This document shows, in pieces, positions 63,055 to 64,000 of a stretch of DNA of 64,000 nt. This stretch comes from Candidatus Poribacteria bacterium (GTDB lineage: Bacteria > Poribacteria > WGA-4E > PCPOR2b), in NCBI GenBank assembly GCA_965218095.1, contig OZ244587.1, positions 4,192,001 to 4,256,000 on the forward strand. Reading direction: 5' to 3'. The notes beneath the pieces were generated by a model that worked only from the letters and a program-made list of their open reading frames with translations, was not told the origin of the DNA and ran no database searches. The first letter of the stretch is position 1. Every line of letters begins with the position of its first letter. The position numbers and the translations under genes were made by a program.

Positions 63055-63312
63055 AAAAAATTCTCCTAAATTTCGTTTGATTGGTGTCCGTATGATGTTT
63101 GAAAGCTTCAAAGCGGATTCGTTCGTAGAAAATTCGATTGTACCGCATATATTACAACTCTTACCCTATATTAGACAAACGCATTTATAAATAATTGGCT
63201 TGCAGATTCTTTGAATATGTGATATTATTGGGGTGTTACAAGCCTGTGATTCTGAAGTTTATTAAATCGTTGGCTTGTTTTACCTTTCCTCGCCAAAGTA
63301 AAGGACACCCCA

Positions 63313-63753
63313 ATGAGTGATTTTCTTAGTGTAGTAGCGGATATACTCATTATCATTGCTGCTGGAAAGTTCATTTGGAAACACATTCCCAGTAGTGACG
63401 ATTTGTATAGTATCAGAAAGTCCTTCATAGACTTCAGAGATGAAGCAAAACAACTGAAAGAAGAAGTCGTCAATTTAAGAAGGGTAGAGCTTACCAACAT
63501 CGCAGAGAATCTGAAAACTAGAGATGCAACTGCGAAGAAAACCGTACCTGTTGAAGATATTGACAAGAAACTTGATTCTTTTCAACAGTCAGTAACGAGA
63601 ATGGACAGGTACATGACAACTACCCTTGCAACTCATGTAGCAGTCATCAAGTCAATAGATAGTATAGAGGGGCGTTATGCCCAAATGGAGGAACGATTTG
63701 GGCAAACCGAAACAACCCTCCGAAATGTTGCTAGAAGATTGCACATGAGATAG
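63313..63753 (+). CDS. Hypothetical membrane-anchored coiled-coil protein
   Basis: N-terminal hydrophobic helix, heptad-rich body, AAGGA RBS, hairpin at ~63770-63790. Confidence 0.65.
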   Translation: MSDFLSVVADILIIIAAGKFIWKHIPSSDDLYSIRKSFIDFRDEAKQLKEEVVNLRRVELTNIAENLKTRDATAKKTVPVEDIDKKLDSFQQSVTRMDRYMTTTLATHVAVIKSIDSIEGRYAQMEERFGQTETTLRNVARRLHMR

Positions 63754-64000
63754 ACATAAAACAGGCGAGGGGGTGTTATAGCACCCCCACCGCCACAACA
63801 TGGCAAAGGAGACCCCCCATGCCACGCATCAAATACATCAAGTCTTACAGGCGTAAAGACGGCACGCTTGTAAGTCCACATATACGGACAACTGCTGATA
63901 ACACCCTCTGCATCACGACTTATTCCAATGAAAGGAGGGATTATCGTGTTTATAAAAATACGCAAAACCTTTACGTTTATCGTACTCAAAATCGCTAAAC

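Noticed and set aside
63780-64000. ORF at the window end
   Set aside because: Truncated by the window edge and has no recognisable motif.

Overview
Bacterial DNA of moderate GC with no rRNA, tRNA or CRISPR that I can see. The gene set includes five PhyH-type dioxygenases, five Gfo/Idh/MocA oxidoreductases, BNR/sialidase-fold proteins, sulfatases, Kelch and Sel1 repeat proteins, and two copies of the C-terminal '(G/D)KL(A/T)TTWGx(I/V)K' motif; this suggests Candidatus Poribacteria or a similar sponge-associated lineage (inference). Main blocks: (i) 7-25 kb, a catabolic region with a duplicated PhyH+BNR segment; (ii) 25.4-34.1 kb, a type I restriction-modification locus carrying a GxxExxY gene in inverted repeats and an unknown PD-(D/E)xK-like protein between hsdS and hsdR; (iii) selA; (iv) thiamine genes thiC (TPP riboswitch), thiE and thiG, with thiG and thiE separated by an island holding a TIGR02391/Ymh HEPN-like gene and three paralogous HNH-Sel1 genes (one intact); (v) lgt, chrA and several hydrolases. 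The window also holds many gene fragments, two IS5-family copies, an IS3 remnant, two MITEs with target-site duplications, and a 26-30 bp palindromic element that appears inserted into other repeats and into a transposase. All calls come from reading motifs by eye; no database searches were run.
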